A DNA stretch of 64,000 nt, taken from the IMG/VR virus record IMGVR_UViG_3300023178_000019, positions 1-64,000 of that record; one strand, given 5' to 3'. This document shows, piece after piece, positions 26,980 to 37,300 of the stretch. Each line of letters starts with the position of its first letter. Positions within the stretch are counted from its first letter, which is position 1. This stretch comes from a virus. The position numbers were made by a program, and so were the translations under genes. The notes beneath the pieces were generated by a model, which saw only the letters and a program-made list of their open reading frames with translations, searched no databases and had not been told where the DNA came from.

Positions 26980-27537
26980 TTAACTCCCTACAGCACTAGT
27001 GCTGTTTTCTGTGTTTTCTATATCTTTGGAATCGCCTGTAGGTACGCCTTCAGTTGGATCGTAACCTCTTTCTTTACGAGCAACTTCTAATTCTTTTAGT
27101 AAATCCATTACTCTATTTGTAGCAACTGCTTCTTGTGCGCTTTCGCCGCCCATATCATCTTCACCAATAATTGGCTTATATTCTGTATCTTCTTTTTCTT
27201 GTTGTTCGAGCTCAACAGGTTCGCCTGGAACTCTTACATTCAAGTGTGTATGATCAATACAGCAACAGTCAACAAGATAACGTTCTAGTATATGTCCGAC
27301 TGTTGGATAGCTTACTTCTGCTTCAAACGTATGCACTTCCATATTTTGTAATTGTGGAAAATCCATTGGTGTTTCTTGAATAGGTGTTCTCTTTGGACCG
27401 TTAAAGCTAACCAAGTCAAACTTTTCTAATGCAGTTTTCATTGTGCTTTCGCAGCCTTCAGGTAAATCACCTGCAACTCTAATAATAAAGTTATAAGTCT
27501 TTTTAGATTCTGTTAAAATTTCACTAAATTTACGCAT
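26980..27537 (-). CDS. Hypothetical protein (possible head-associated)
   Basis: N-terminus MRKFSEILTES; late box 27564-27559 upstream. Confidence 0.7.
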   Translation of the reverse strand: MRKFSEILTESKKTYNFIIRVAGDLPEGCESTMKTALEKFDLVSFNGPKRTPIQETPMDFPQLQNMEVHTFEAEVSYPTVGHILERYLVDCCCIDHTHLNVRVPGEPVELEQQEKEDTEYKPIIGEDDMGGESAQEAVATNRVMDLLKELEVARKERGYDPTEGVPTGDSKDIENTENSTSAVGS

Positions 27538-27557
27538 GTTGGTTTTCCTATTATATG

Positions 27558-28061
27558 TTATTTATCCTTATCTAGGCCTTTTAACCTTTCTAAGAGACTG
27601 TTTCTGTCAGTAACAACATAACCTTCACCGTTTATCATGCCTTCATCACCCGGTGAAGAATCGTTATCTAATTTTTGTTTTTTAAGTTGCAATTCTATCA
27701 TTTTTAATTTTTTATCCATTTTTGCAACTTTAGCATCTAGACTAGTTTTAAGCATTGTGCCTGCAACTTCCATAATTCTACCAGCATAACGACTTTCAAC
27801 ATTCATGCCTAAGTCCATCAAGTCATCATATGCAGTCATTGCTTTGTCTGCAACTTCGTTTAATTCTTTGTCTGCCATATCGCCCAAGCCTTTCACAGCT
27901 GGTAAAGCACTGGCAATTTTATCAAACTCGGCAATGTCACGGAACGTTTGTTCTTGTTGTTCTAATTCGTACTGTTTTTGATCTTTTTCTTTTTCTTCTG
28001 CTTTATCAATAATATTTTTATTTTCAGGCAAATTTAAAAGTTCTTCTAATTTTTTAGTCAT
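27558..28061 (-). CDS. Probable terminase small subunit (gp16-like)
   Basis: Helical 167 aa with ESRYAGRIMEVAGTMLK and C-terminal beta segment; close to terL. Confidence 0.55.
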   Translation of the reverse strand: MTKKLEELLNLPENKNIIDKAEEKEKDQKQYELEQQEQTFRDIAEFDKIASALPAVKGLGDMADKELNEVADKAMTAYDDLMDLGMNVESRYAGRIMEVAGTMLKTSLDAKVAKMDKKLKMIELQLKKQKLDNDSSPGDEGMINGEGYVVTDRNSLLERLKGLDKDK

Positions 28062-28088
28062 TGTGTCACCATTATATGCTAGTATTAT

Positions 28089-28529
28089 TTATCGCCTGCG
28101 GCCTCCTTGGTGAAACATATCGCCTTCGTTTATAATTCTAAAAATTATTCCCTTTTGTTTACACCATGCTCTTGCTGATTCCCATTTTGCTTGATTAATA
28201 ACATAATGAGCTTGGTTAGCTCTACTACGACCTAGTTTTTCTCTTACGGTTTGGTTTGATGGCTTAACTTCTATTAATTCGACTCGTTGTTTACCATTTT
28301 TGTCTGCATATACAATAAAAAAGTCTGGAACATAAATTGTATGTTTTCCTGTTAATGGATTTCTATATGGTATGCGTATCGCTTCCGAAGCCCATTGACT
28401 AACACTTGGATGTGCATCACAAAACTTCATAAATGTAAATTCCCAACTACTTCTATAAGTTGGTGTTTTATTACCTACATATTTTTCAGGGTTTTGTGGT
28501 GTAAATTTTCCTTGTGCAAACTTAGCCAT
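28089..28529 (-). CDS. gp4: Head completion nuclease (T4 gp4-like)
   Basis: F.P.NPEKY.G, YRSSWE..FM..CD, WASE...IPY, Y.PDF, IEVKP, NQAKW. Confidence 0.9.
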   Translation of the reverse strand: MAKFAQGKFTPQNPEKYVGNKTPTYRSSWEFTFMKFCDAHPSVSQWASEAIRIPYRNPLTGKHTIYVPDFFIVYADKNGKQRVELIEVKPSNQTVREKLGRSRANQAHYVINQAKWESARAWCKQKGIIFRIINEGDMFHQGGRRR

Positions 28530-30528
28530 TTCTTCTCAACTGCAATCCATTCTTAAACACAAAACTACCTCTTACACTAAGTGTTTTTTCTAGAGGAGTT
28601 GTGATTGGTATATTAGCATTGTATATAACCCTAGCAGGGCCACCATTCAAGCTATTTAGATCCGACCATGCTGTGTCTTCTGGACCGGTTGGATCACTAC
28701 CTATATAGAAATTAGTTGACGATTGTGTTTGTACTTCGGATTGTATCCAACTACGTAAGTCTTCGTAAGTCCAATTTCTATTATATTGAATTACAGTTGA
28801 TAAAAATCCTGCTGCTACTGGACATGCTGCTGATGTTCCACCGAATCGAGTATCTCTACAATCCTGTGTTCCTAAGTCAGTATAATTATCGTCTAGTCTT
28901 GCTGTATCTACACCGTATGTACCTACTGTAGCTGCTAGTGTGCCATCTGCTGGAGCATAAAAATCTATAGCATTACCCATATCACTGTAATTGACTTTTT
29001 GTTCTTTACTCGATGGTATTAGATCATCTAATGCGCCGATGTTTATACCTGGAAACTTAACTGTAGTGTTTCCTTGAAAGGTAAGACTTTCTGTCTTACC
29101 TATATGTTGAGGGAATCCTCGTCTGTTAGTAGTTCCAGTTACTGCAAACCCAAAACTAAACCAAGCATTGTCGTATACTCCTTCATTGGTATTGTCTCCG
29201 ATATGATTGTCGTAATTAGGATGGTCTGGGTTTACTTGTTGCTGATTACTATTGCCTGCGGCACAAACATATATAACACCTTCGTCAACTAATTCTTTAG
29301 CTGCTTGTGTCATTGAATTATCATACATTTCAGACTTCCAACGTCCGCCGTCGCCGGCTGATCCTAAATATCTTATAAATTCTGGTTCGGTAGTATATGC
29401 AACTGCTGGATCATTTCTCCAAAAATAATAACTAGCCGATTTATCAACTCTAAATCCCCAACTATTAGAACTTATTGTAGGATCTTTTGTTCCATATTTA
29501 GGATTAATAGGTTTATACTTGTGAAATATTTTTTGTATATCAAATCCTACATCCCAGTCTACTCTGCCGCCGCCGATATGATTAAGATGCCACTTGTTAG
29601 CATTATATGCCCAACCTTGAGTTCTACCATATGTTAAACCTGCACATTGGGTTCCATGAGTTCCAGATGCAGTAGTAGGATATGAATTATTGTTACCGTT
29701 ATTACCTGTACGAGTATATAGGTTTTCTATTTGTATTGATCCAAATTCTGCAAACTGCGGAGAACGTTGATTTGTTTGTTCCCACCATGCTCGTGCTGCT
29801 GTTTCGGTTGGAACAATAGTGCCGTCCCAACGAGTTTCTAATCTAGTTGGATCAGCATCAAACCATTCTGGATCAATATAGTACGGAGAATCAAATACAA
29901 TATCGAGTAAATCACAGTAGCCATTTCCAGGCAATACATTTCCGCCTTTATAATTTACAGGATTAACAGCATTTGTAACTCCTCTGTTAATAAATTCTAC
30001 ATGACCAAACCAACATCCGTTATCGCAAACAATAACATCAACATCTTCTCCTGCACCGTGTGTAGGTATAGCACTATCTATAATAGTGCTATCGTTATTA
30101 CCATTTTGTAACCACGGACTGACTTTTTCTGTTAGTCTTAATAACTGACTGGTATTTCTATTTAATGCGTTAGTATTAAAATTTCCATTACCGTACCATA
30201 TTTGAGCGTTTTCGTATGCTTGTTCATAACGTTGATATATTGTTGGATTTTCAAAAAGTAAGTCGTCTTCTGGAACATTATACAAATCTTTGTTATGTTT
30301 AAAATCTAAATTAATAAATTGTATTCTTGAATCGTTTTTTAATAATTCTGCTTCTTCATCAGTTAATAAAAATATTCCTCTAGTTGGACTATGTTCTACA
30401 TGATCTGTACACTCAACTTCTCTTACCGGAATAGCTTCTATTGAAGATCCAGGATTACACAATTCATTGTGTACTTCATTAAATTGCTCTGCTGTATGTG
30501 TTCCTATAGCATAATAGTTTTCTGACAT
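28522..30528 (-). CDS. Subtilisin-like serine protease (S8)
   Basis: DVIVCDNG (Asp), HGTQCAG (His), AAGNS (oxyanion Asn), FGGTSAACP (Ser). Confidence 0.9.
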   Translation of the reverse strand: MSENYYAIGTHTAEQFNEVHNELCNPGSSIEAIPVREVECTDHVEHSPTRGIFLLTDEEAELLKNDSRIQFINLDFKHNKDLYNVPEDDLLFENPTIYQRYEQAYENAQIWYGNGNFNTNALNRNTSQLLRLTEKVSPWLQNGNNDSTIIDSAIPTHGAGEDVDVIVCDNGCWFGHVEFINRGVTNAVNPVNYKGGNVLPGNGYCDLLDIVFDSPYYIDPEWFDADPTRLETRWDGTIVPTETAARAWWEQTNQRSPQFAEFGSIQIENLYTRTGNNGNNNSYPTTASGTHGTQCAGLTYGRTQGWAYNANKWHLNHIGGGRVDWDVGFDIQKIFHKYKPINPKYGTKDPTISSNSWGFRVDKSASYYFWRNDPAVAYTTEPEFIRYLGSAGDGGRWKSEMYDNSMTQAAKELVDEGVIYVCAAGNSNQQQVNPDHPNYDNHIGDNTNEGVYDNAWFSFGFAVTGTTNRRGFPQHIGKTESLTFQGNTTVKFPGINIGALDDLIPSSKEQKVNYSDMGNAIDFYAPADGTLAATVGTYGVDTARLDDNYTDLGTQDCRDTRFGGTSAACPVAAGFLSTVIQYNRNWTYEDLRSWIQSEVQTQSSTNFYIGSDPTGPEDTAWSDLNSLNGGPARVIYNANIPITTPLEKTLSVRGSFVFKNGLQLRRNG

Positions 30529-30537
30529 AATGTTTCC

Positions 30538-31884
30538 TTATACTATTGGGCTTGTATCTAATCTTAACCAAGTACCGTTTTGATAAACTTGGAACCTATT
30601 GTCATCTGTGTTATAGATCATATCTCCGTTTTCAGCAGTTAGTGCATCTCTTTGTGCGTTTGTAAAATTTGCAAGTTTAAATGGACTTTGTGTTACTTCA
30701 ACTCTTGTACTAGCTGTTAGTAAAATGTTAGATTCTGAAAACAATTCAGGAGCACCTGTACCTGCTGTTGTTATTTCGCCATTCACTGTAAATTTGTTGT
30801 TAACAACTAAATCATTTTCAACAGTTAAATCGCTACTCATAATCATAGAAGGAGTAACTGTAATTGCACTAGAATCGTCTGTATCAATTACACTTGCAGC
30901 AAAACTAAAATTACCTACAGTATCGCCTACAATACCCGATAAGTCAACAGTATTGCCGTTACTAATTGATAAATCAGTTCCTGCTAATGTAAGTGTTTGA
31001 CTGTCTGTTTCTGAAGTAATAAATCCTTGACTTAACACAAATGATTGTGTTGCAAAAGATGACAAATCTCCCGGAGTTAGATATCCTTGTCCCGTTACAA
31101 ATGATTGTGTTGCAAATCCTTGACCTAACACAAACGATTCTGTTGCAAAGTTTGGTTTGTTAATTAAGTCGTTATAATCGCCGCTAAAGCCTGCTAGTAA
31201 GTTGTCAGTGTCTTCTAATTCGTTAACGTCACCTGGAATAACAGGACGTCCTGTTAAACTAAAATAATCTCCATCAAACGCTTCTGCTGCTAATTGAAAT
31301 ACACTTAAATCAGGAGTATCTGTTAAATCGTTATAGCTTCCGCTAAACAAAACAGGTAAATCAGACAAATCATTATAACTTCCTGCCGGCGGTACTGCAA
31401 ATGAAAAATTCCCAAAGCCGTCTGTTTTTAAAAACTGTCCTGCTAATCCGTCGGATATTCCTAAATTTAATATACTAGTCGGAATTGTTGGACGATTTTC
31501 TAAATCATCAAATGATCCTGAAAACGCTGATGCAGACAATGGTGAATTATAGTTAGAAGGAGTAACTTCAGAGGTATCTAGTAGTAGTTTGTGCCAGCCA
31601 CCGGCATGAGCAAAATATAATGCACCTTCATCATGCACATGCATTATCATACCCATGTAAGTAGATGGAGAAATACTATTTAAATCGCTACGTGTTTCTA
31701 CGGTATTTCTATAATAAATTTTATTAGATCCAAAATCTATGTCATCTGACAATAGTGTAGATCCATTACCTATTGTATTGTATATTTCATCAAAATTAAG
31801 GTTAATTTTATTTGATGCATTTCTTAAAGAATCTCCAGATCCATCGTTTGGATTAACCCCTCTATTAAGTATTTCTTTAGCCAT
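30538..31884 (-). CDS. Baseplate/fibre-type virion protein
   Basis: gp9/gp10-like N-terminus (NDGSGDSLR..SNKIN.NFDEIY), SGSYNDL and FATQSFV repeats, ENGDMIYNTD. Confidence 0.75.
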   Translation of the reverse strand: MAKEILNRGVNPNDGSGDSLRNASNKINLNFDEIYNTIGNGSTLLSDDIDFGSNKIYYRNTVETRSDLNSISPSTYMGMIMHVHDEGALYFAHAGGWHKLLLDTSEVTPSNYNSPLSASAFSGSFDDLENRPTIPTSILNLGISDGLAGQFLKTDGFGNFSFAVPPAGSYNDLSDLPVLFSGSYNDLTDTPDLSVFQLAAEAFDGDYFSLTGRPVIPGDVNELEDTDNLLAGFSGDYNDLINKPNFATESFVLGQGFATQSFVTGQGYLTPGDLSSFATQSFVLSQGFITSETDSQTLTLAGTDLSISNGNTVDLSGIVGDTVGNFSFAASVIDTDDSSAITVTPSMIMSSDLTVENDLVVNNKFTVNGEITTAGTGAPELFSESNILLTASTRVEVTQSPFKLANFTNAQRDALTAENGDMIYNTDDNRFQVYQNGTWLRLDTSPIV

Positions 31885-31888
31885 TGTG

Positions 31889-32359
31889 CTATTCTCCGTC
31901 TATAGTTACTAGCTCGCTATCCAACGTAGTTTCTGTACTACTAAGATCTTTATCACTTGTAATTTCATCAGTTGTAAAATTAATTGGATTGCCTTCGATT
32001 ATATTTCTAGATTCAAATGTTGCTATTCTTCGTTCTTTTCGATAACCTATAACACTAGTTCTTTTTCTATCATAATTTAAAATTTCAGCAACTACAGAAC
32101 TTAACTGTGTTCCGCTATACTTTTTAAGCGTATCTAACAATTTAAAAATTTTTATATTTTCATTTTTTGCTTGTTGTAATAAAACATTACTAACTGCTAT
32201 TGCTGCTGATCTTTCAAAACCTTGTGTTTCAAAAAATGCAACAACAGTATTTAGATCATTGTCTGCTAAGTTTAATACTCTAGAATAATAAGTGTCAAAA
32301 TACAAATTAGTTCTAGCATCAGTTTTTTTAGATATGTTTATTGGTAAACTACTACTCAT
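31889..32359 (-). CDS. Hypothetical protein (structural cluster)
   Basis: 156-aa ORF coupled to neighbours. Confidence 0.7.
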   Translation of the reverse strand: MSSSLPINISKKTDARTNLYFDTYYSRVLNLADNDLNTVVAFFETQGFERSAAIAVSNVLLQQAKNENIKIFKLLDTLKKYSGTQLSSVVAEILNYDRKRTSVIGYRKERRIATFESRNIIEGNPINFTTDEITSDKDLSSTETTLDSELVTIDGE

Positions 32360-33594
32360 TGTCTTGTACCTTCTAAGACTTCTTTTCTGTATGCTTCTTT
32401 TTCTGTTTCAGGAAGTGCATTCCAAGCACTAATTAAATCATTTATTCCATTACCACCAGTGCTTAAGAAAGTACCTTTAAATTGTTGTATTGCTAACGAA
32501 TCTAATTTTGCAGGATTATTTTGTAATGATTGCGCTGTTACATTTACATTTCTGGCTGCTGTACTATTTGTTGTAATTGTAGTCGGTGAAGAAGATACAA
32601 TGTTTTGTGCGCCATCGGCACCTTGTGTTTTAGGTATAATTATATCACTTATACCTCCAATGTCGTCTGTATTTGTTACTGTAGAAATGCTACTAAGCAA
32701 AGGATTGCTTACTGATGTCGGAAACGTATTAGTCCCTTCTGTTCTATTACCAATATTAGTTTCAAATGAAGCAGGCGGTGTTCTAACTGATACATCATTT
32801 GGATCTAATTGTGTTGTTGTATTAATATTAGCTAGTGGACTTGGAAAAGAGTCGTAGTGTGCAAATCCAAATGCTATAGGATCGCCATCGGGTCCTACTT
32901 GAACAGTACCTCTACTATAATGCACTGCTTCGTATTGTACTGTAATAGTATTTTGCATCATGCCGCTGCCATCGGAATTATCAACAGAATCATGTTCCCA
33001 ATTTGTAATAATCGGATTTACTAATGTGTAAGTTGTGTATTGAGTTCTTGCAATTTGAGATAACTGTATTCTTTTAAAAAACGGAACACTTAAATTATTA
33101 TCTAATCCAAAACGAAATTGGTTTCTTTCTCTGCTCTTATAAGTGTTATCTCCGTCGCCTGCTTTGTTAAATGCTCCAGGCTGACTAGCATGCCAGCCGT
33201 CTGCGTAATACCATCTATAATATGCTTCTAACAAAGCAGTAGTAACACCGTGATTATCGTCATGAAATGTAAGTGTTATTGGCTGATATTGAATACTTGT
33301 TTGAATATGCTTAGTTCTATTATATTTCTTTTTAGTTTCAACATTTGCTGTAAATCTAGGCAAATCTGCTTGTTTAACTAGTAGTCCTATTTCAGTATTA
33401 TATTTCTCTATTAATCCTGGATTAATATCTTTAACCCCAGGATCGATTCCAAACCAACAATGATAAAGAAACTTTGTTTTAGGAGCAAATTTAAAATTTT
33501 GATTTGTATATAATCTAGCCGCATGGTTGTAATCAAGCAATGTAATGCCGTCTTGTTTTCCTCCAAGGCTATCTCGAAAAGCGTTAGTACTCAT
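32356..33594 (-). CDS. Tail tube-related baseplate protein (gp48/gp54-like)
   Basis: Tube-fold pattern LVKQADLP, YQPITLTFHDD, YTLVNPIIT, ITVQYE; follows tail tube. Confidence 0.6.
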   Translation of the reverse strand: MSTNAFRDSLGGKQDGITLLDYNHAARLYTNQNFKFAPKTKFLYHCWFGIDPGVKDINPGLIEKYNTEIGLLVKQADLPRFTANVETKKKYNRTKHIQTSIQYQPITLTFHDDNHGVTTALLEAYYRWYYADGWHASQPGAFNKAGDGDNTYKSRERNQFRFGLDNNLSVPFFKRIQLSQIARTQYTTYTLVNPIITNWEHDSVDNSDGSGMMQNTITVQYEAVHYSRGTVQVGPDGDPIAFGFAHYDSFPSPLANINTTTQLDPNDVSVRTPPASFETNIGNRTEGTNTFPTSVSNPLLSSISTVTNTDDIGGISDIIIPKTQGADGAQNIVSSSPTTITTNSTAARNVNVTAQSLQNNPAKLDSLAIQQFKGTFLSTGGNGINDLISAWNALPETEKEAYRKEVLEGTRQ

Positions 33595-33632
33595 ACAAAT
33601 ATTTATCTAATATTATTATGTATGTAGATAAT

Positions 33633-33660
33633 AAAAAAGGAGCTCTAAGAGCCCCTTTTT
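33633..33660 (-). terminator. Intrinsic terminator after tail tube gene
   Basis: AAAAAGGGGCTC-TTA-GAGCTCCTTTTTT. Confidence 0.85.
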
Positions 33661-33675
33661 AAATAAAGATATTTT

Positions 33676-34302
33676 TTATGCGCCGCCGCCGGTAATTAAA
33701 CTACCGCTGCCCCTCGGTACAGCAACACCAATACCACCATCAGCATCTGTTTGGATTGCGTTGTCGTATTGGACTTCTAATGTAACTGTAACTGGTTCAT
33801 TATTTTGATATGCTAGTGTGTTGTAGTTAGCATTTGTAATAAAGCATCCGTATAGTTCAAATGTTTCAAGTACATTTGGTGTATAAACTCCGTTACCACC
33901 ATCTAAGATTTCAATACGTGTTGTAAATTTATAATCTTGTCCTGAAACCGGGCTTGACTGCTCCATAAAGTCGAATTGTTTCTGTAGCTGTTCGCCAACA
34001 AGTTTTTGTACAGCATTGTTCACGTCTTCACGTAAGTTTAGTGTAATCGGTGACCATGTGTGCTTACCTGCTAAGTATGCTTTTGAGTTATACGCATGTA
34101 TTTCCATTGGCTCAAATGCAACTGTCGGACGAGTTACGTCAACAACTTGTTTTGTAAGTTCCGTTGTTGGTGTTGAAACTCCAAAGTTTTCCAGCGACAC
34201 CCTAAAGCGGTACTGGAGCTTCGGCATCAACAGACCCTGGCTAGCGGCACTGTCGCCGCTTGCTAGTGGAACTGTAATTTTTGATAATGATGAGATTGCC
34301 AT
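33676..34302 (-). CDS. gp19: Tail tube protein (gp19-like)
   Basis: YRFRV, AGKHTWSPITL, L.GCF, V.L.VQYD; follows sheath; late box plus AGGAG SD. Confidence 0.85.
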   Translation of the reverse strand: MAISSLSKITVPLASGDSAASQGLLMPKLQYRFRVSLENFGVSTPTTELTKQVVDVTRPTVAFEPMEIHAYNSKAYLAGKHTWSPITLNLREDVNNAVQKLVGEQLQKQFDFMEQSSPVSGQDYKFTTRIEILDGGNGVYTPNVLETFELYGCFITNANYNTLAYQNNEPVTVTLEVQYDNAIQTDADGGIGVAVPRGSGSLITGGGA

Positions 34303-34334
34303 TTAATTTGCTCCTAGTTCAATAGTATTTATCA

Positions 34335-37300
34335 TTACGCTTCACCACTTATTTCGCCTGTATTTTTCAAGCGTAGTGGAATGTAGATAAACTCAATACT
34401 CTTAACAGGTTCAATAGCAATGTCTACATATAGTTCATTACGATCAATTCTTGCTGGAGTGTTGTTAGTTTCATCGCACACAACTAAGAAGTCAAATAGT
34501 GCTCTTTGGCCAACAAGTTCAAGTAGTAAACTTTCAACTTGTCCTTTGATTTCATCACGTGTGATTTTATCATTTGGTTCAAAGATATATGGCTTCGCAA
34601 GTTGATTAAGTTGGCTACGTAAATAAACTACTAATCTTGCAACGTTAATTCTGTCTAGCGAACTTGCGCCTCTAGCACGAGTTTTCTGTCCAAAGTTAAC
34701 AAGTCCTGCACCTGTAATAAACGTAATTGGGTTTACACCTTGTGCATATAATGTATCTCTTTGTCCTTCATTTAGTGGTGTGCTTACAAATTCTCCTTCG
34801 CTGTTAATAAAGCCAGTTGAACTTGCATTGTTAATGCCGCCACGTCTTGTACCTGCTGGTGCAAACCATGGATAGCTAACTTGGTCACTTAGTGCAATAG
34901 TTCTTAGCATCATGTGGCTTGGCGGAACAACAACATTGTTACCAAAGTTGTCGCTTGTAAAGCCCCATGGATAAAACACACCTAAATATTCGTCATTAGT
35001 AACAAGACCATCGTCATTGTCTTCTACTGCTGCACGAACGTTTGTTGCCCATTCATTTAATGAAGTAGCATCTGGTGTTAATCTTGCTGGCGAATCGCCA
35101 ACTACAAATGCTGTTAATCCTCTATCAGCGTTAAGTGTTACTAGTTCGCCAATTAGTTCTGGATAACCTGGGCAAGATATTAAGTTAAATCTACGTGCAT
35201 CTTCGTTGCGTATTTCGTCGTTTGAATTAACAACTGCTTGTAGTTTTTGTACAACAACTTTACGCTGTGCGTTGCGCCCAAAGCTGCCTGAACCATCTAC
35301 ATTGTTTGCACTTTCAGTTACCCAACGATCAGCAGCATAGTTTACCATCGATTCGTCACCAAAGCGTAAGTTAACGTCTGTTGTATCAACATAATTCTTT
35401 TCGAAACGCTTAACATTAAATCCACTTCTGCGTGTATTGAATAGCAATGTTCCGCTTGGATACAATGCTGGATCTGGACAATCAGGATCTACATAATTTA
35501 CTGCAAGCAAATCTGTAATATCTGCTGCTGTGTTTCCTGTTGCTCCACTTGACCCATAACGTGCATCTGCAAAAACAATACCGTTTTCTGTTGTTTGATC
35601 ACCGTTGTCTACTAAAATCCAACGATCAGTACTTTTACGATATTTGTAAATTACTGGATAGTTTTCTAAGTCTGAAGTGTCAATCCATAAATCGCCTTCT
35701 ACTAATGCACTACTACCATCTGATTGTGTAGTTGGTTGTGATGCACTTACAATAGGCCCGTTAGCATCTGTGCTATTGCTTAATGAATAAACTGGGCTGT
35801 CCGGATGTCTATATCCAACCCATTTGTTACCGTCATTGATCATAATGTCAACTTCATCAACAATTGAGTTATACCATAGTGTTCCTGTTTCGGCAGTATT
35901 TGTTGGTTCGTTTTCTGATGCTGTGTAACTTAGTACTTCCCAATTACTTACTCTGTACTGAACAGGATTACCTAATGAATTATCAATTCCTGGTTCGTCT
36001 GATACAAAGCGTGTTGAAGTACTAATACCTAATGCAGTAAGCATTGGCGCAAAACTACTTGCAACATCAACAAATTTCATTTCGCCGCCTTGGCTATGTT
36101 TAATAACAACTGCATTGTTTTCATCAACTGATGCACTTACATACGGAATGTTTGCACTTGTAATTGCTGCTGCAATAGCAATAGCAGTATCAGCTGCTGT
36201 TGACTGTGCTTCAACTTCAATTAGTCCTGGAACATCGCTGCTGAACACTGCTGAACCTGGTGAAGTTGCAGTAATTAACATTTTGTAAGTTTCACCATCT
36301 GTGAAGTTTGATAGTGTAATTGGTTGTGAAGAAACTTGAGTATTTCCAACTGTGCCTCTTTTAAATATTTTAAATGTACCTAACGGATCACTGTCTCCTG
36401 CAACATTTGATTGTACATATAAATCACCTATTTGTAAATTTGATCCGCCACCTGTTCTGTCTAGTTCAACTAGAGCAGATTCATTTGTTGGATAAATCGG
36501 TGCTTCAATAGAATCCCATAATTTAGTATCGTCATTCCATTGTCTAACTCTCCAGCGAGCACCACCGTTTGGTGTAGTTGTTTTAAGCCATACACTTCCT
36601 GTTGGACGGCCATTATATGCAGTTCCTACTTTAAATGTGTCTGGAATTTGTGTGTGCTTACTAATTTGTACTGCTGGAATTAAATAAGTTCCTGCATCAA
36701 TATTTAAGAACTCTAAAACCGCTGTAGATGCATTTGAACCTGCTGCAAACTCTAATGATGTTGTTGAACTACCATCATTGTAAAATGCAATCTCTCCGCT
36801 TATTACGGCTGCTCTTATACCCGGAATTGATAGTCCGTTAATTGTTGCTGCTATGTCTGTAACAGTTTCGCCAGTAGTAACAGTAATAACAGTTCCATTT
36901 AATACAAAAACGTCTGAGCCTTCATCTGTTGAATCGTCGCCAAATGTTGTACTTGTTTTGCTACTAACTACAGTTGGAACGGCATCCTTCCAAGCAGTTG
37001 AACCTAGCTCAACCCAACCTGCGCTTGCTCTATACCAAACTTTGTTAAGAGTAGTTACAGCAACGACTGCATAATCTCCAACTGAGCCAATTGAGCCTAG
37101 TGGTGTATAATCTTCGTTTTCGTAATCTATAACGTCTGATTGACTTGTAATAACAATAGGTGTTTGTGTTGTAAATGATTGTCCGCCTGTTATAGTTTCA
37201 CTTGCATTATTCCATTCCTGGATACCAAATGCACTTGAACCAGTATCTAACCAATATGTTCCTGCATCTGGAAATGCTGTTGGAACTGATGATTGAGGAA

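Noticed and set aside
31030-31500. Short direct DNA repeats (ACAAATGATTGTGTTGCAAA x2) as CRISPR or DGR repeats
   Set aside because: They encode FATQSFV/SGSYNDL protein repeats; no spacer periodicity, cas or reverse transcriptase gene
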